A stretch of DNA of 64,000 bases from Candidatus Latescibacterota bacterium. GTDB lineage: Bacteria; Latescibacterota; UBA2968. Both the position numbers and the translations under genes were made by a program. Shown one piece after another: positions 10,034 to 19,639 of this stretch. Below the pieces are notes generated by a model. It saw nothing but the letters and a program-made list of their open reading frames with translations, was not told the origin of the DNA and made no database searches. The DNA lies in assembly GCA_965222605.1 (NCBI GenBank), contig OZ244960.1, positions 2,528,001 through 2,592,000 on the forward strand, written 5' to 3'. The number at the start of each line of letters is the position of its first letter. The stretch's first letter is position 1.

Positions 10034-10271
10034 CCAGCCCCTCCAGCACCCGCATCAAATCCTCCAGCGATACAATTTCTTCCCCAGTCCTAACAAGAAG
10101 CTCTGGCGCCGCGTCTTCCCCAGAGGTTCCAAACACAAACCACTCAAACTCGCGCAAAAACTTCAGACAATGCCACTCACCTGTGCGCGCGTAATCTTCG
10201 CTACACAACTCTCGAGGAATCGGGCATCCATCGTACAACCCGCGGGGGCAGGGTCTGCGTTTTTTCGGCAT
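10023..10271 (-). CDS. Small Cys-containing hypothetical protein
   Basis: 82 aa ORF filling the gap between glnA and hemE, with an AGAG/GAGG-like RBS. Confidence 0.55.
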   Translation of the reverse strand: MPKKRRPCPRGLYDGCPIPRELCSEDYARTGEWHCLKFLREFEWFVFGTSGEDAAPELLVRTGEEIVSLEDLMRVLEGLDDG

Positions 10272-10280
10272 CTCTGTACC

Positions 10281-11615
10281 TCACAAAATCTTAAGGTGTT
10301 GATCCAGTTCGTAACCAGTCACCTGCGCCCTGTAATTGGCCCATTCGATCTTCTTGTTCGCAATAAACTTCTCAAAAATGTGATTGCCCAGGGCATTGCG
10401 AAGCAGATCGCTGCCCTCGGCGAGATCAATAGCCTGTGACAGATCCAGAGGCAGGGTTTTAATACCCGCTTTTTCTCGTTCAGCACTGGACATCTCAGCG
10501 ACATTCTTTTTCATAGGCGACGGCACTTCATAGCGTTTTTCAATACCCTCTAATCCCGCAGCCAGCATAATCGCAAATGCCAGATAGGGATTGCAGGCCG
10601 GATCGGGCGACCGGTATTCGACGCGCGTTGTACTCGCTTTATCTGGCGAATAGGCAGGCACGCGTACCAGATCTGATCGGTTGACCGCCGACCACGTTGT
10701 GTACAACGGGGCTTCGTAACCCGGCACCAATCGCTTATACGAATTTACCCACTGATTGGTCACCAGCGTCATCTCGCAGGCATGTTTGAGCAAGCCCGCG
10801 ATAAAATACCGCGCCGTAGCCGACAGATGGTATTCATCTTCAGCGTCGTAAAACGCGTTGTCTTCCCCCTGAAACAGCGACATATTCGTATGCATACCAT
10901 TGCCATTGGCACCAAAAAGAGGTTTGGGCATAAACGTCGCCCAAACGCCGTGTTTCACGGCAATCTCTTTCACCACCAAACGGTAGGTCATCGCATTGTC
11001 TGCCATAGTGAGCGCATCGGTATAAAGCAAATCGATTTCGTGTTGGCTGGGCGCGTCTTCGTGATGACTGGACGCCACCTCAATCCCCATTTTCTCCAGC
11101 GTCAATACGGTATCCCGGCGCAGATCACTCGCCACATCTAAAGATGTCTGGTCAAAATACCCACCCTCATCTAAACCTTTGAGAGGAACCTCGGGTTTTT
11201 CAAAATAGAAAAATTCCATCTCTGGACTTACGTAAAAAGCAAATCCCATATCGCCTGCGCGTTTCAAATTTTTTTTCAGCACCCAGCGCGGGTCTCCACG
11301 ATATGGTTTTCCCCCCGGCTGGAGAATATCGCAAAACATACGCGCAACTGTGCCGCCTTCCTGCGGGCGAAAGGGCAGCACCTGGAAAGTATTGGGATCG
11401 GGCATTGCGATCATATCGCTCTCGTCAATGCGCGCAAATCCCTCTACGGCCGAACCATCAAAACCGATCCCTTCGGTTAAAGCACCATCGAGTTGCTCAA
11501 CGGGAATTGCGACACTCTTTAGAAATCCCAAAATATCGGTAAACCAGAGCCTGATAAATTTGACCCCGTGTTCCGACGCGGCATTCAGCACGTATTCGCG
11601 GCTTCCATCATTCAT
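10281..11615 (-). CDS. glnA: Glutamine synthetase type I
   Basis: FDGS, HHE.APSQHEI, FMPKP..G.NGNGMH, YKRLVPGYEAP and RVEYRSPD. Confidence 0.95.
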   Translation of the reverse strand: MNDGSREYVLNAASEHGVKFIRLWFTDILGFLKSVAIPVEQLDGALTEGIGFDGSAVEGFARIDESDMIAMPDPNTFQVLPFRPQEGGTVARMFCDILQPGGKPYRGDPRWVLKKNLKRAGDMGFAFYVSPEMEFFYFEKPEVPLKGLDEGGYFDQTSLDVASDLRRDTVLTLEKMGIEVASSHHEDAPSQHEIDLLYTDALTMADNAMTYRLVVKEIAVKHGVWATFMPKPLFGANGNGMHTNMSLFQGEDNAFYDAEDEYHLSATARYFIAGLLKHACEMTLVTNQWVNSYKRLVPGYEAPLYTTWSAVNRSDLVRVPAYSPDKASTTRVEYRSPDPACNPYLAFAIMLAAGLEGIEKRYEVPSPMKKNVAEMSSAEREKAGIKTLPLDLSQAIDLAEGSDLLRNALGNHIFEKFIANKKIEWANYRAQVTGYELDQHLKIL

Positions 11616-11737
11616 AGTTCTAACCTGTATTTTACAGTGAAACAGCACCGAAATAACTGCCAAACTTACGCTTATTATATTTCGGGCAGGTTTCAGATAT
11701 ATTTCGCTAATATTAAAAGATAGTGATCCTACTCGGC

Positions 11738-11774
11738 AAAAAAAAAGCGCGGCTATGCCGCGCCTTATTTTTTT
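11738..11774. terminator. Intrinsic terminator, probably bidirectional
   Basis: A-tract, GCGCGGC-TAT-GCCGCGC hairpin, T-tract. Confidence 0.7.
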
Positions 11775-11783
11775 ATCAACACC

Positions 11784-12290
11784 CTACTGAACCCGCATCC
11801 ATGTATCAACCCAGGCCCCCTCATAAGATGCCGTCATCGTATTGCCTTCAAAAACCCACTGCTGCTCATCGTGTGCAATCTCAATTTTATCGCCTTCAAC
11901 AGTAATTTTGCCCTTCACACTTCTGCCTTTGGGATAAATCGACATAGATGCTTCGGCAGAAGAGCGATACCCCTGGCGAACCAGCACATGCCTGGCTCGC
12001 GTAATCGCCGATGTAGAAATTTCATACGTGCTGGCAGCATAATTAAATCGCCGGGGCGTGCCATCTTTTAAGTCTTCGAGAAAATTGAGCGTAACATGTG
12101 CTTTTCGAGAACTGATTGGCTCCCAAAAAAGCGACCCTTTTATATGTGGGGTACTCAACACAGTACCATCTTGCAATTGGCGCTTTTGCAAGACCCAGGT
12201 ACCTGCCAGTTGTGTTTGCATATCTGACAGACGATCACTGCATCCCTGCATCGCGAACACAGACAGGAAGAATATCATCAGGCGTTTCAT
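11784..12290 (-). CDS. Lipoprotein with a lipocalin-like beta-barrel
   Basis: MKRL...AMQGC lipobox-like signal; LAGTW motif. Confidence 0.65.
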   Translation of the reverse strand: MKRLMIFFLSVFAMQGCSDRLSDMQTQLAGTWVLQKRQLQDGTVLSTPHIKGSLFWEPISSRKAHVTLNFLEDLKDGTPRRFNYAASTYEISTSAITRARHVLVRQGYRSSAEASMSIYPKGRSVKGKITVEGDKIEIAHDEQQWVFEGNTMTASYEGAWVDTWMRVQ

Positions 12291-12365
12291 TTTGGCCTCC
12301 GTGCGAGTTATCATCTCAAAAATGAACTTCTAAAGTATATTTTTCGATTTGCGCGCTGTCAAGCT

Positions 12366-12403
12366 AAAAAAAGAAAAGAAGAGCACCCAACGGTACTCTT
12401 CTT
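12366..12403 (-). terminator. Intrinsic terminator after the sigma factor gene
   Basis: AAGAAGAG.AC...GT.CTCTTCTT hairpin followed by a U-tract on the minus strand. Confidence 0.55.
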
Positions 12404-12436
12404 GTGAAACTGGATTACTGGCGTAATTACAATGTA

Positions 12437-13288
12437 TCAGGTCACTTCCAACAACGGCTCAAGCTGCGAGCGACGACGCGGATGGCGCAATCTGCGAAGT
12501 GCTTTCTCCTTAATTTGTCGCACGCGCTCTCTGGTCAAATTGAACCGAACGCCAATCTCTTCAAGCGTAAGCGGCTCTTCACCGCCCAGACCAAAATACA
12601 GGCGCAAAACCTCGGTCTCCCGGTCATCCAGAGATGTGAGCACATCTCTCACCTGTTCGCGCACCGAATCTTCTACAACTTCTTCATCGGGTGCCTTTTG
12701 CGTATTATCGGGCAACACATGCAGCAAACTGTGGTCATCCTCCTCGCGGAAAGACGCATCCAGAGACCAGACATCGCGCGCGCGCATCAGCGTATCCTGA
12801 ACCATCTCCACTGATACGCCGAGTTCTTTGGCCACAGTTTCGGGTTCGGGTTCGGTCTCGCTTGCTTGCCTCAGTTCGCGCGACACCTTTGAAATATTGT
12901 GCAACAAATCAATGCGGTTAATGGGCAACCGCACAACCCGCGAATCCTGTGCCAGACTCTGGTGAATCGCCTGGCGGATCCACCAAACAGCATAGGAAAT
13001 AAACTTAAAGCCCCGCGTGCCATCAAAGCGCTCGGCAGCCGTCATCAGGCCCATATTCCCCGCACTGATTAAATCGGCCAGAGGTACCCCGTGATTTTGA
13101 TATTCCCGCGCCACGCTCACCACAAAGCGGAGGTTGGCCGAAACCAGTTTATCTCTGGATCTCTGACAACCTTTATGAATCTTTTTTGCCAGTTCAATCT
13201 CTTCTGCGCTCGAAAGGGGTTCAGACGAGGCAATGTCTCGCAGATACAAATCCAGAGACTCACTGTCTTGAATCATAATTCCAGGCAA
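12437..13288 (-). CDS. RNA polymerase sigma-70 factor, short RpoD/SigA type (regions 1.2-4)
   Basis: LYLRDI, ANLRFVVSVA, FKFISYAVWWIRQ and TLEEIG...TRERVRQI. Confidence 0.93.
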   Translation of the reverse strand: MPGIMIQDSESLDLYLRDIASSEPLSSAEEIELAKKIHKGCQRSRDKLVSANLRFVVSVAREYQNHGVPLADLISAGNMGLMTAAERFDGTRGFKFISYAVWWIRQAIHQSLAQDSRVVRLPINRIDLLHNISKVSRELRQASETEPEPETVAKELGVSVEMVQDTLMRARDVWSLDASFREEDDHSLLHVLPDNTQKAPDEEVVEDSVREQVRDVLTSLDDRETEVLRLYFGLGGEEPLTLEEIGVRFNLTRERVRQIKEKALRRLRHPRRRSQLEPLLEVT

Positions 13289-13328
13289 GGGGAACCTCCT
13301 GTAAAAGGATGGGGAGCTGATGTATATG

Positions 13329-13895
13329 CTATAAAACAGAATGGGGAGACGACACCTTGCGAATTTGCGCGAGATGTTTCGTCATAAATTGATACATGCT
13401 CATCGATGTGTCGCAGGCCATTAACCCCGCACGCACATCTGAATTTTTAAACAGCAGGGCCAAATTGCTCAAAACCGACAGATAAGGCACAGGAGCCGCA
13501 TCGGGTACTGCAACCATGCATATCACGTGAACGGGTTCTGCATCTGGGGGAAAAGCAATACCCGTCTGAGAAATGCCCAATGCCACACCGGGCTGAGCAA
13601 CGGAGCGGCATCGCGCATGGGGCAGTGCAACACCCCGGCCCAAAACAGTACTCATCTGATCTTCTCGATCCAAAATAGTTTGCAAAAACTTCAGACTATC
13701 GACCACCTTCCTGCGCCCATAGAGCCGATCAACCAGTTCTTTGATCGCCCCCATGCGATCTTGTGATTGCAGATCGGGTACAAGAAGCGAAACATCAAAA
13801 TGGAAAACGTCTTCTTCGGGTAAAATTGTCGTTTGAGTCACCTGGCCCCCACACGCAACAAAATGCAGAATTTGCATCTTCAAACTATAAGACAT
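13329..13895 (-). CDS. PTS EIIA (Ntr/Fru-type) domain protein (start uncertain)
   Basis: DRE..STVLG.GVALPH phospho-His motif. Confidence 0.85.
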   Translation of the reverse strand: MSYSLKMQILHFVACGGQVTQTTILPEEDVFHFDVSLLVPDLQSQDRMGAIKELVDRLYGRRKVVDSLKFLQTILDREDQMSTVLGRGVALPHARCRSVAQPGVALGISQTGIAFPPDAEPVHVICMVAVPDAAPVPYLSVLSNLALLFKNSDVRAGLMACDTSMSMYQFMTKHLAQIRKVSSPHSVL

Positions 13896-13989
13896 TTATT
13901 AGAAATGGAGAATAACTCATTAACATCAATAAAAACATAAGGTTAATCCCCAATATCAAAAATCCGCGATAAACGCGCTCTGATGTTAC

Positions 13990-14006
13990 AGCAATATCCG
14001 TGCCAA
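13990..14006 (-). promoter_or_regulatory. Sigma54 (-24/-12) promoter
   Basis: Minus strand TTGGCACGGATATTGCT is an exact TGGCAC-N5-TTGC match. Confidence 0.85.
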
Positions 14007-14023
14007 AAATACACCTATAGGTA

Positions 14024-14036
14024 TAACTTATTGTTT
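14024..14036 (-). promoter_or_regulatory. Putative IHF site
   Basis: AAACAATAAGTTA, one mismatch to WATCAA-N4-TTR, lying between the promoter and the enhancer sites. Confidence 0.5.
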
Positions 14037-14092
14037 ATATTGCAAAAAGATTGAAAGATCGCATCTGCATACTCTTTTTTATCTCATTTAGT

Positions 14093-14136
14093 ATGCAAAA
14101 ATTGCACCACATTTATAATCAAAATGCAAAAATTGC
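14093..14136. promoter_or_regulatory. Tandem upstream activator sites for a bacterial enhancer-binding protein
   Basis: ATGCAAAAATTGC at 14093 and 14124 (31 bp period), each a TGCAA-N3-TTGC dyad. Confidence 0.65.
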
Positions 14137-14147
14137 GTTTTTGAAAA

Positions 14148-15506
14148 TTAGCGCAGATTATACGCCTTGATCTTGTATTGCAACGCGCGAACACTGATCC
14201 CCAACAAAGCTGCGGCCTTTTTGCGATTTGCCGTCACATGTGCAAGTGTTTTTTCGATAAGCGCGCGCTCTACTTCTGCAAGCGATGAACCGAGTTCGAC
14301 CGTTATGGTATCTGTCGCATTCTGGGCATCGCGCACCCGAGAAGGCAAGTGATCGACATCGACTTCTTGATCCGCACAGGTTACCACAATACGCTCAATA
14401 GTATTTTTTAACTCGCGCACATTGCCGGGCCATAAATAGGCCAGAACCCTGTCCATCGCATCGGGAGTTAATTCCTTGCGCGGTTTGTGGTGCAACACAC
14501 ACAGGTTATCAAAAAACACATCGATCAAAAGCGGAATATCTTCGACGCGCTCGCGAAGCGGTGGCAAGCGAATGGGCACCACATTGATGCGGTAATACAG
14601 ATCTTCTCTAAATCGCCCTTCTGCCACTTCTCGCTCGAGATCGCGATTGGTGACAAAAATGGTTCGCACATCTGCGGCCACCGCTTTGGTACTGCCCACC
14701 GGTCGATAGGCTCTTTCTTCTAATACCCGAAGCAAATCGACTTGATTGGGCAATGGGATTTCACCCACTTCATCAAAAAAAAGCGTCCCACCTTCAGCCG
14801 CGGCAAAAAACCCCGCCTTATCCGCTGTCGCGCCCGTAAACGCGCCTTTTACATAACCGAACAACTCGCTGCCGAATAATGTCTCGGCAAATGCCCCGCA
14901 GTTCATCGCCACCAGGGGCGCGTTCCGCCGCGCACTCGCATGATGAATCGCACGCGCCACGAGTTCTTTCCCCGTGCCCGTTTCTCCGGTAATCAAAACC
15001 GGCACATCGGTCATTGCCGCCTGCTCTATAGTATCACAGACGTGCTCCATGACGGCACTTCGATGCACAATATCTCCATTTTCACCATTGGAATCCAGAC
15101 GCGCTCGCAATACGCGGTTTTCCGCCACCAGTGCCTGGTGATCGAGCAAACGCTCTAAGGACAGGCGCAATCGCTTCAGATCTACTGGCTTGGTCAAATA
15201 ATCATAAGCCCCTCGTCGCATGGCTTCAACAGCCGTCTCCACCTCTCCATAAGCCGTAATCACAATAACGCCAATTTCGCGATTTGAACCGCTCACCCAC
15301 TTCAAAAGTGCCAGACCATCCTGACCCGGCATCTTAAGATCAAAAATCGCGGCGTCATACTCATGGGCTTCCATAAGTGCTTTTGCTTTGTGACCGTCAT
15401 AAGCCACATCAACCCGATAACCGTCTTTGGTCATCGCCTCCCGCAGACCTTCGCAGATATAGTACTCATCATCTGCAATTAAAATCCGAATCTCACTCGC
15501 GTCCAT
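14148..15506 (-). CDS. Sigma54-dependent response regulator (NtrC/AtoC family)
   Basis: Receiver domain (ADDE, DLKMP), GETGTGKE, GAFTGA, WPGNVREL and Fis-type HTH. Confidence 0.95.
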   Translation of the reverse strand: MDASEIRILIADDEYYICEGLREAMTKDGYRVDVAYDGHKAKALMEAHEYDAAIFDLKMPGQDGLALLKWVSGSNREIGVIVITAYGEVETAVEAMRRGAYDYLTKPVDLKRLRLSLERLLDHQALVAENRVLRARLDSNGENGDIVHRSAVMEHVCDTIEQAAMTDVPVLITGETGTGKELVARAIHHASARRNAPLVAMNCGAFAETLFGSELFGYVKGAFTGATADKAGFFAAAEGGTLFFDEVGEIPLPNQVDLLRVLEERAYRPVGSTKAVAADVRTIFVTNRDLEREVAEGRFREDLYYRINVVPIRLPPLRERVEDIPLLIDVFFDNLCVLHHKPRKELTPDAMDRVLAYLWPGNVRELKNTIERIVVTCADQEVDVDHLPSRVRDAQNATDTITVELGSSLAEVERALIEKTLAHVTANRKKAAALLGISVRALQYKIKAYNLR

Positions 15507-16578
15507 AAGTTGCCTCTGTTTGTCTCTCAGGCACGGGCAAATACACCCGGAAGGTCGTTCCCCGTTCGGGGCGGCTCTCAACGTCAATGTGTCCATCGTG
15601 CTGATAAATGATGCGCTGGGCAATAGACAGCCCCAACCCGGTACCTTCATCTTTGGTCGTATAATAAAACTCGAAAATGCGATCCACTTCTTCTTCGGGA
15701 ATCCCGCATCCCGTATCTGTAAGCATCAAACACACCTGCCCCGACTCGGTTTGTGTTCGGGCAATCAAATCGCCACCAGCGGCCATTGACTGAAAGGCAT
15801 TCACCACAATATTGAGCACGGCTTGACCGAGTTGATCTTCATCCCCATTGATCGCGGGCAGATCGTCGGAAAGTCCCAGACGCAACACGACCTCGCGCTC
15901 GCGCGCTTCGGGCGAGACCAGATCAAAAACACGGCGAACCACGTCGTTTAAAGACATCTGCCGCAAATGGAGTTTGGGCGTGCGCGAAAAACGCAAAAAA
16001 TTATGTACAATGCGGTCGAGTCGTTTCATCTCTGTTTGCGCAATATTGAGTCGCCCCACAAGACGATCTTTTAAGGCACTTGCCAACTCGTCGAGGTCTT
16101 CTTCCAACAATTGCAATTGAATATCAATCGCCCCCAGGGGATTGCGCACCTCATGGGCAACAGAAGCGGCCAAGCGCCCCAACGCCGTCATTTTTTCAAC
16201 TTGAAAGATCTCCCACTCCATCCGCTTTATCTCAGAGACATCGCGCACCGCCAGCACCAGCCCGCACTGCGTATCTGCATCTAAAAACGACGTGCTCACG
16301 CGCAGGTGTTGCAATCCACCGTCGGCATTGTGGTGTACCAGGTCTATATCTGAGACTAATACTTTGTTTTTCATACCCTCGTTCAAAATCCGCAACAACT
16401 CGGGGCGTTGGACAAATAGCATCTCTGGCGAAGCCCCGCAAACGGCCTGTTTGTCCCACCCCATCAATGCAATCAGATGGGCATTGACCATTACGGCCCG
16501 ATGTGTCTTATCAAAAGCCACGATGCCCTCCCCCAGCCCCTCCAAAATTGAGGCACTATAATCCATAGCCATGTCCAT
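15493..16578 (-). CDS. Cytoplasmic PAS sensor histidine kinase (NtrB/AtoS-like)
   Basis: PAS-like N-terminus, AHEVRNPL H-box, DTGCGI and GTGLGL; no TM segment. Confidence 0.93.
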   Translation of the reverse strand: MDMAMDYSASILEGLGEGIVAFDKTHRAVMVNAHLIALMGWDKQAVCGASPEMLFVQRPELLRILNEGMKNKVLVSDIDLVHHNADGGLQHLRVSTSFLDADTQCGLVLAVRDVSEIKRMEWEIFQVEKMTALGRLAASVAHEVRNPLGAIDIQLQLLEEDLDELASALKDRLVGRLNIAQTEMKRLDRIVHNFLRFSRTPKLHLRQMSLNDVVRRVFDLVSPEAREREVVLRLGLSDDLPAINGDEDQLGQAVLNIVVNAFQSMAAGGDLIARTQTESGQVCLMLTDTGCGIPEEEVDRIFEFYYTTKDEGTGLGLSIAQRIIYQHDGHIDVESRPERGTTFRVYLPVPERQTEATYGRE

Positions 16579-16657
16579 ACGCGTTCTCCCGATACAGCGA
16601 AAAAGCCTCTCACTGTTAATGTTCCATATTTCTACCCAAAGCGCAAGCCCAAATATC

Positions 16658-16687
16658 TTGACACTTATCCATTGGGCGTGATATTAT
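16658..16687 (+). promoter_or_regulatory. Putative sigma70 promoter for glnD
   Basis: TTGACA-18 nt-TATTAT with a TGn extension. Confidence 0.5.
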
Positions 16688-16723
16688 TAACCTCTGACGT
16701 AGCCATTTCCAAAGGATTGCCCA

Positions 16724-19387
16724 TTGAATAGAGAAATCGTCAATACCCTCCCACGCGATCTGCTCAACGCAAAAAAAAGATCAGACACCTGGCCCACCGA
16801 ACGCCTGTCGTATTTGCGAACCTATCTCGACACCACCTGGGAAACGATTTATGCACACCACCAGAGCGGTGCATCGGGCAGCACTATAGTTGCAGCACTC
16901 ACACAGCGCGTCGATACACTCATCCAGGCACTGTATGCCGAAGCAATTGAAGAACACGGTGAGCCAACCAGATTTGCCGTAATCGCGCAAGGAGGATATG
17001 GTCGGGGGGCGCTCAACCCCCGCTCGGATATCGACCTGTTATTTCTCTTTAACAAAAAAGTCCGTGAAGGCGACCCCATAACGCGCGCGATTCTCCACAC
17101 CCTGTGGGATCTGCGATTTGAAGTGGGATATAGCACACGCACCCCTTCCGATTGCATTATTGCAGCGCAAGACGACACCGATTCCATGACTGCAATGCTC
17201 GAAACGCGCCATCTCGCGGGTGATCCCACCTTAGAGACCCAACTGCAAGACGCCCTTGCGCGGCGGTTTTTTGGCAGACGCGCGAGCGGTTTTATCAACA
17301 AAAAATCTCAGGAACGCATCCAGCGACACAGCAAATTCAAATTTTCAACCCAACTCCTCGAACCCAATGTCAAAGAAAGCCCTGGGGGATTGCGAGATAT
17401 TCACACAGCGGGCTGGTTCTTAATGGCGCGCCGCGGTATTCGCGCGCCCGAAGGTTTGCAAACAAGCCATATACTCACCCACAGAAATTACGAGATCTAT
17501 ATCAAAGCCTTTGATTTCATGCTGCGCACGCGCAGCGAACTGCACTTTCACACGGGCAAACACTTTGACGTACTCGAGCACGACCTTCAACTCATTATCG
17601 CCGAAAATCTGGGCTACAAAGATCGGGACAATGAATTGGGTGTGGAACACTTTATGCGAGACTACTACACCCATGCGCGTGCTATTAAACATCTCAGCGA
17701 CCTGATATGTGAACGCCTCAAAAGCCAATCCTCCACCGGTCGGGCTGTGGGATTGCTCACGCGCCGTCAACTCGATGACGGCTCCGTACTACACCACACG
17801 CACATTGCCCTGCCCAAAAAACGACGTCATTTTTTTACTGACACGCCCCACCGCCTCTTCTCCCTTCTCCTCAATGCACAGCGATTTGGCGTTCCCCTCA
17901 ACGAAGCGGCCAAACAAGGAATCAAAGACCACCTCCATCTCATTGACGATAGCTTCAGGTCTTCTGAGCGAGCCAGCCGCATTTTTCTCGACCTCTTCCG
18001 CGCATCCGTTGGCATTGGCACCACCCTTCGCACCATGCACGAACTCGACATTTTGGGCACTTATGTACCCGAATTCGACAGCCTGACCTGCCTGGTACAA
18101 TACAATCGCTATCACATCTACACAGCAGACGAACACACCCTGGTTGCTGTGGAGCGTCTCAATTACCTCGCGCGGTCTCCTTCTCTGCCCCATGATTTGC
18201 AACACCTCAGACGCGTGTACAATGAAATCTCGAGAAAAGAGCTTCTCTATCTCGCGCTGTTGATGCACGACGTGGGAAAATCTGTTCGCGGCAAAGATCA
18301 CAGTATTGTCGGTGCAGAAATGACACAGGACTTTCTCAAACGCCTCCAATTGCCCGACGACCAGATAGAAACCGTTGTCTTTCTCGTGCGACACCATCTC
18401 GCGATGTCCGGTATTGCCCAGCGCCGCGACCTCTCAGATCAGCGCATGATCGCCGAATTTGCCAACACCTTTTCACACCCCGATGTCTTGCGTATGCTCT
18501 ATGTACTCACTTATGCCGACCTATCTGCCGTCACCCAAACTGCCTGGACCGCCTGGAAAGGTCACCTCTTGCGCGAACTCTACGAAAATACCTTTTATAT
18601 ACTCACGAAAAGTACCCATCCCGACCGCGAGCAACCCGAACAACAAGACATTCGGAAAATCCTCGCTGCTCTGGAGCCGCGCATTCCACATCAGACCCTC
18701 GTTGAACATCTCAACAACATGCCCCCGCGCTATCCCGAACAAAATAGCCCAGAAGAAATTGCACAGCACCTGCAACTCATCGACGCAATAGGCTCCTCGC
18801 TGGTCGCCGTTAGCTTACAACCCAGTGGCCTTTTTTTGGAAATCACCATCTGTACGCACGACCAGCCCTTTCGCCTCTCTGAAATTTGTGGTGTGCTGGC
18901 AACCCACGACATCAACATCTTCAGCGCACATGCCTATACGCGCAATGATGGTACAGTCATCGACATCTTTCAGGTAACTTCCGATATGGACAATGACGCC
19001 ACATTGCGAAAAAAAATTCAACAAACCCTGACCGATGTCTTTCAACAAAAAGAGCGCGTCTCAGACCTGTTCGCCAATTACAGTCAGAGGTGGTCCCTGC
19101 GGCGGCAGCCCACAGTTCCCATTTCCCCCGAAATAACATTCGACAATAATGTTTCCATGCGTTCTACCGTCATCGACATTCTCGCACGAGATGCAACAGG
19201 CCTCCTGTATCGCATCACGCGCACATTATCAGAGCTTGGCCTCGACATCTACACCGCTCGCATTGGCACCCAGGCAGATCGCGCTGTCGATGCCTTTTAC
19301 GTGCGTAAAAATGGCGATAAAATCACAGATACTGCATTGCTCGAACACATCACCCGCGAACTAACGCACGCCATAGAGAATCCGTGA
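16724..19387 (+). CDS. glnD: [Protein-PII] uridylyltransferase
   Basis: GGYGR...SDIDL NTase, EPNVKESPGGLRD, HD domain (MHDVGK) and two ACT domains. Confidence 0.95.
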   Translation: MNREIVNTLPRDLLNAKKRSDTWPTERLSYLRTYLDTTWETIYAHHQSGASGSTIVAALTQRVDTLIQALYAEAIEEHGEPTRFAVIAQGGYGRGALNPRSDIDLLFLFNKKVREGDPITRAILHTLWDLRFEVGYSTRTPSDCIIAAQDDTDSMTAMLETRHLAGDPTLETQLQDALARRFFGRRASGFINKKSQERIQRHSKFKFSTQLLEPNVKESPGGLRDIHTAGWFLMARRGIRAPEGLQTSHILTHRNYEIYIKAFDFMLRTRSELHFHTGKHFDVLEHDLQLIIAENLGYKDRDNELGVEHFMRDYYTHARAIKHLSDLICERLKSQSSTGRAVGLLTRRQLDDGSVLHHTHIALPKKRRHFFTDTPHRLFSLLLNAQRFGVPLNEAAKQGIKDHLHLIDDSFRSSERASRIFLDLFRASVGIGTTLRTMHELDILGTYVPEFDSLTCLVQYNRYHIYTADEHTLVAVERLNYLARSPSLPHDLQHLRRVYNEISRKELLYLALLMHDVGKSVRGKDHSIVGAEMTQDFLKRLQLPDDQIETVVFLVRHHLAMSGIAQRRDLSDQRMIAEFANTFSHPDVLRMLYVLTYADLSAVTQTAWTAWKGHLLRELYENTFYILTKSTHPDREQPEQQDIRKILAALEPRIPHQTLVEHLNNMPPRYPEQNSPEEIAQHLQLIDAIGSSLVAVSLQPSGLFLEITICTHDQPFRLSEICGVLATHDINIFSAHAYTRNDGTVIDIFQVTSDMDNDATLRKKIQQTLTDVFQQKERVSDLFANYSQRWSLRRQPTVPISPEITFDNNVSMRSTVIDILARDATGLLYRITRTLSELGLDIYTARIGTQADRAVDAFYVRKNGDKITDTALLEHITRELTHAIENP

Positions 19388-19415
19388 AAAGACGAATCGC
19401 GCTTTTTTCTTTTAC

Positions 19416-19444
19416 TTGACAAGCCACATTGTTTGTTTTACGTT
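19416..19444 (+). promoter_or_regulatory. Putative sigma70 promoter for rho
   Basis: TTGACA-17 nt-TACGTT. Confidence 0.55.
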
Positions 19445-19639
19445 TAGGTCAACTTCAAAATGCATTCCCTCGCACTAATGCTCCGCATCCTACCCCTTAA
19501 TATTCCAAAACATTATTCTCCGTAGGCTTCGCAGTAATCCAATGATTTCGCACAGCGTCTGTTTTGCGCCACACACAGCATGGTATCGTTCGGGCATGTA
19601 TTACTTCTCCCCTTTCCAACCCATCAGGAACCTCAAAAA

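Noticed and set aside
11616-11740. Sigma54 promoter or GlnR box upstream of glnA
   Set aside because: TTGGCA is present on the minus strand but lacks a correctly spaced TTGC, and there is no TGTNA-N7-TNACA
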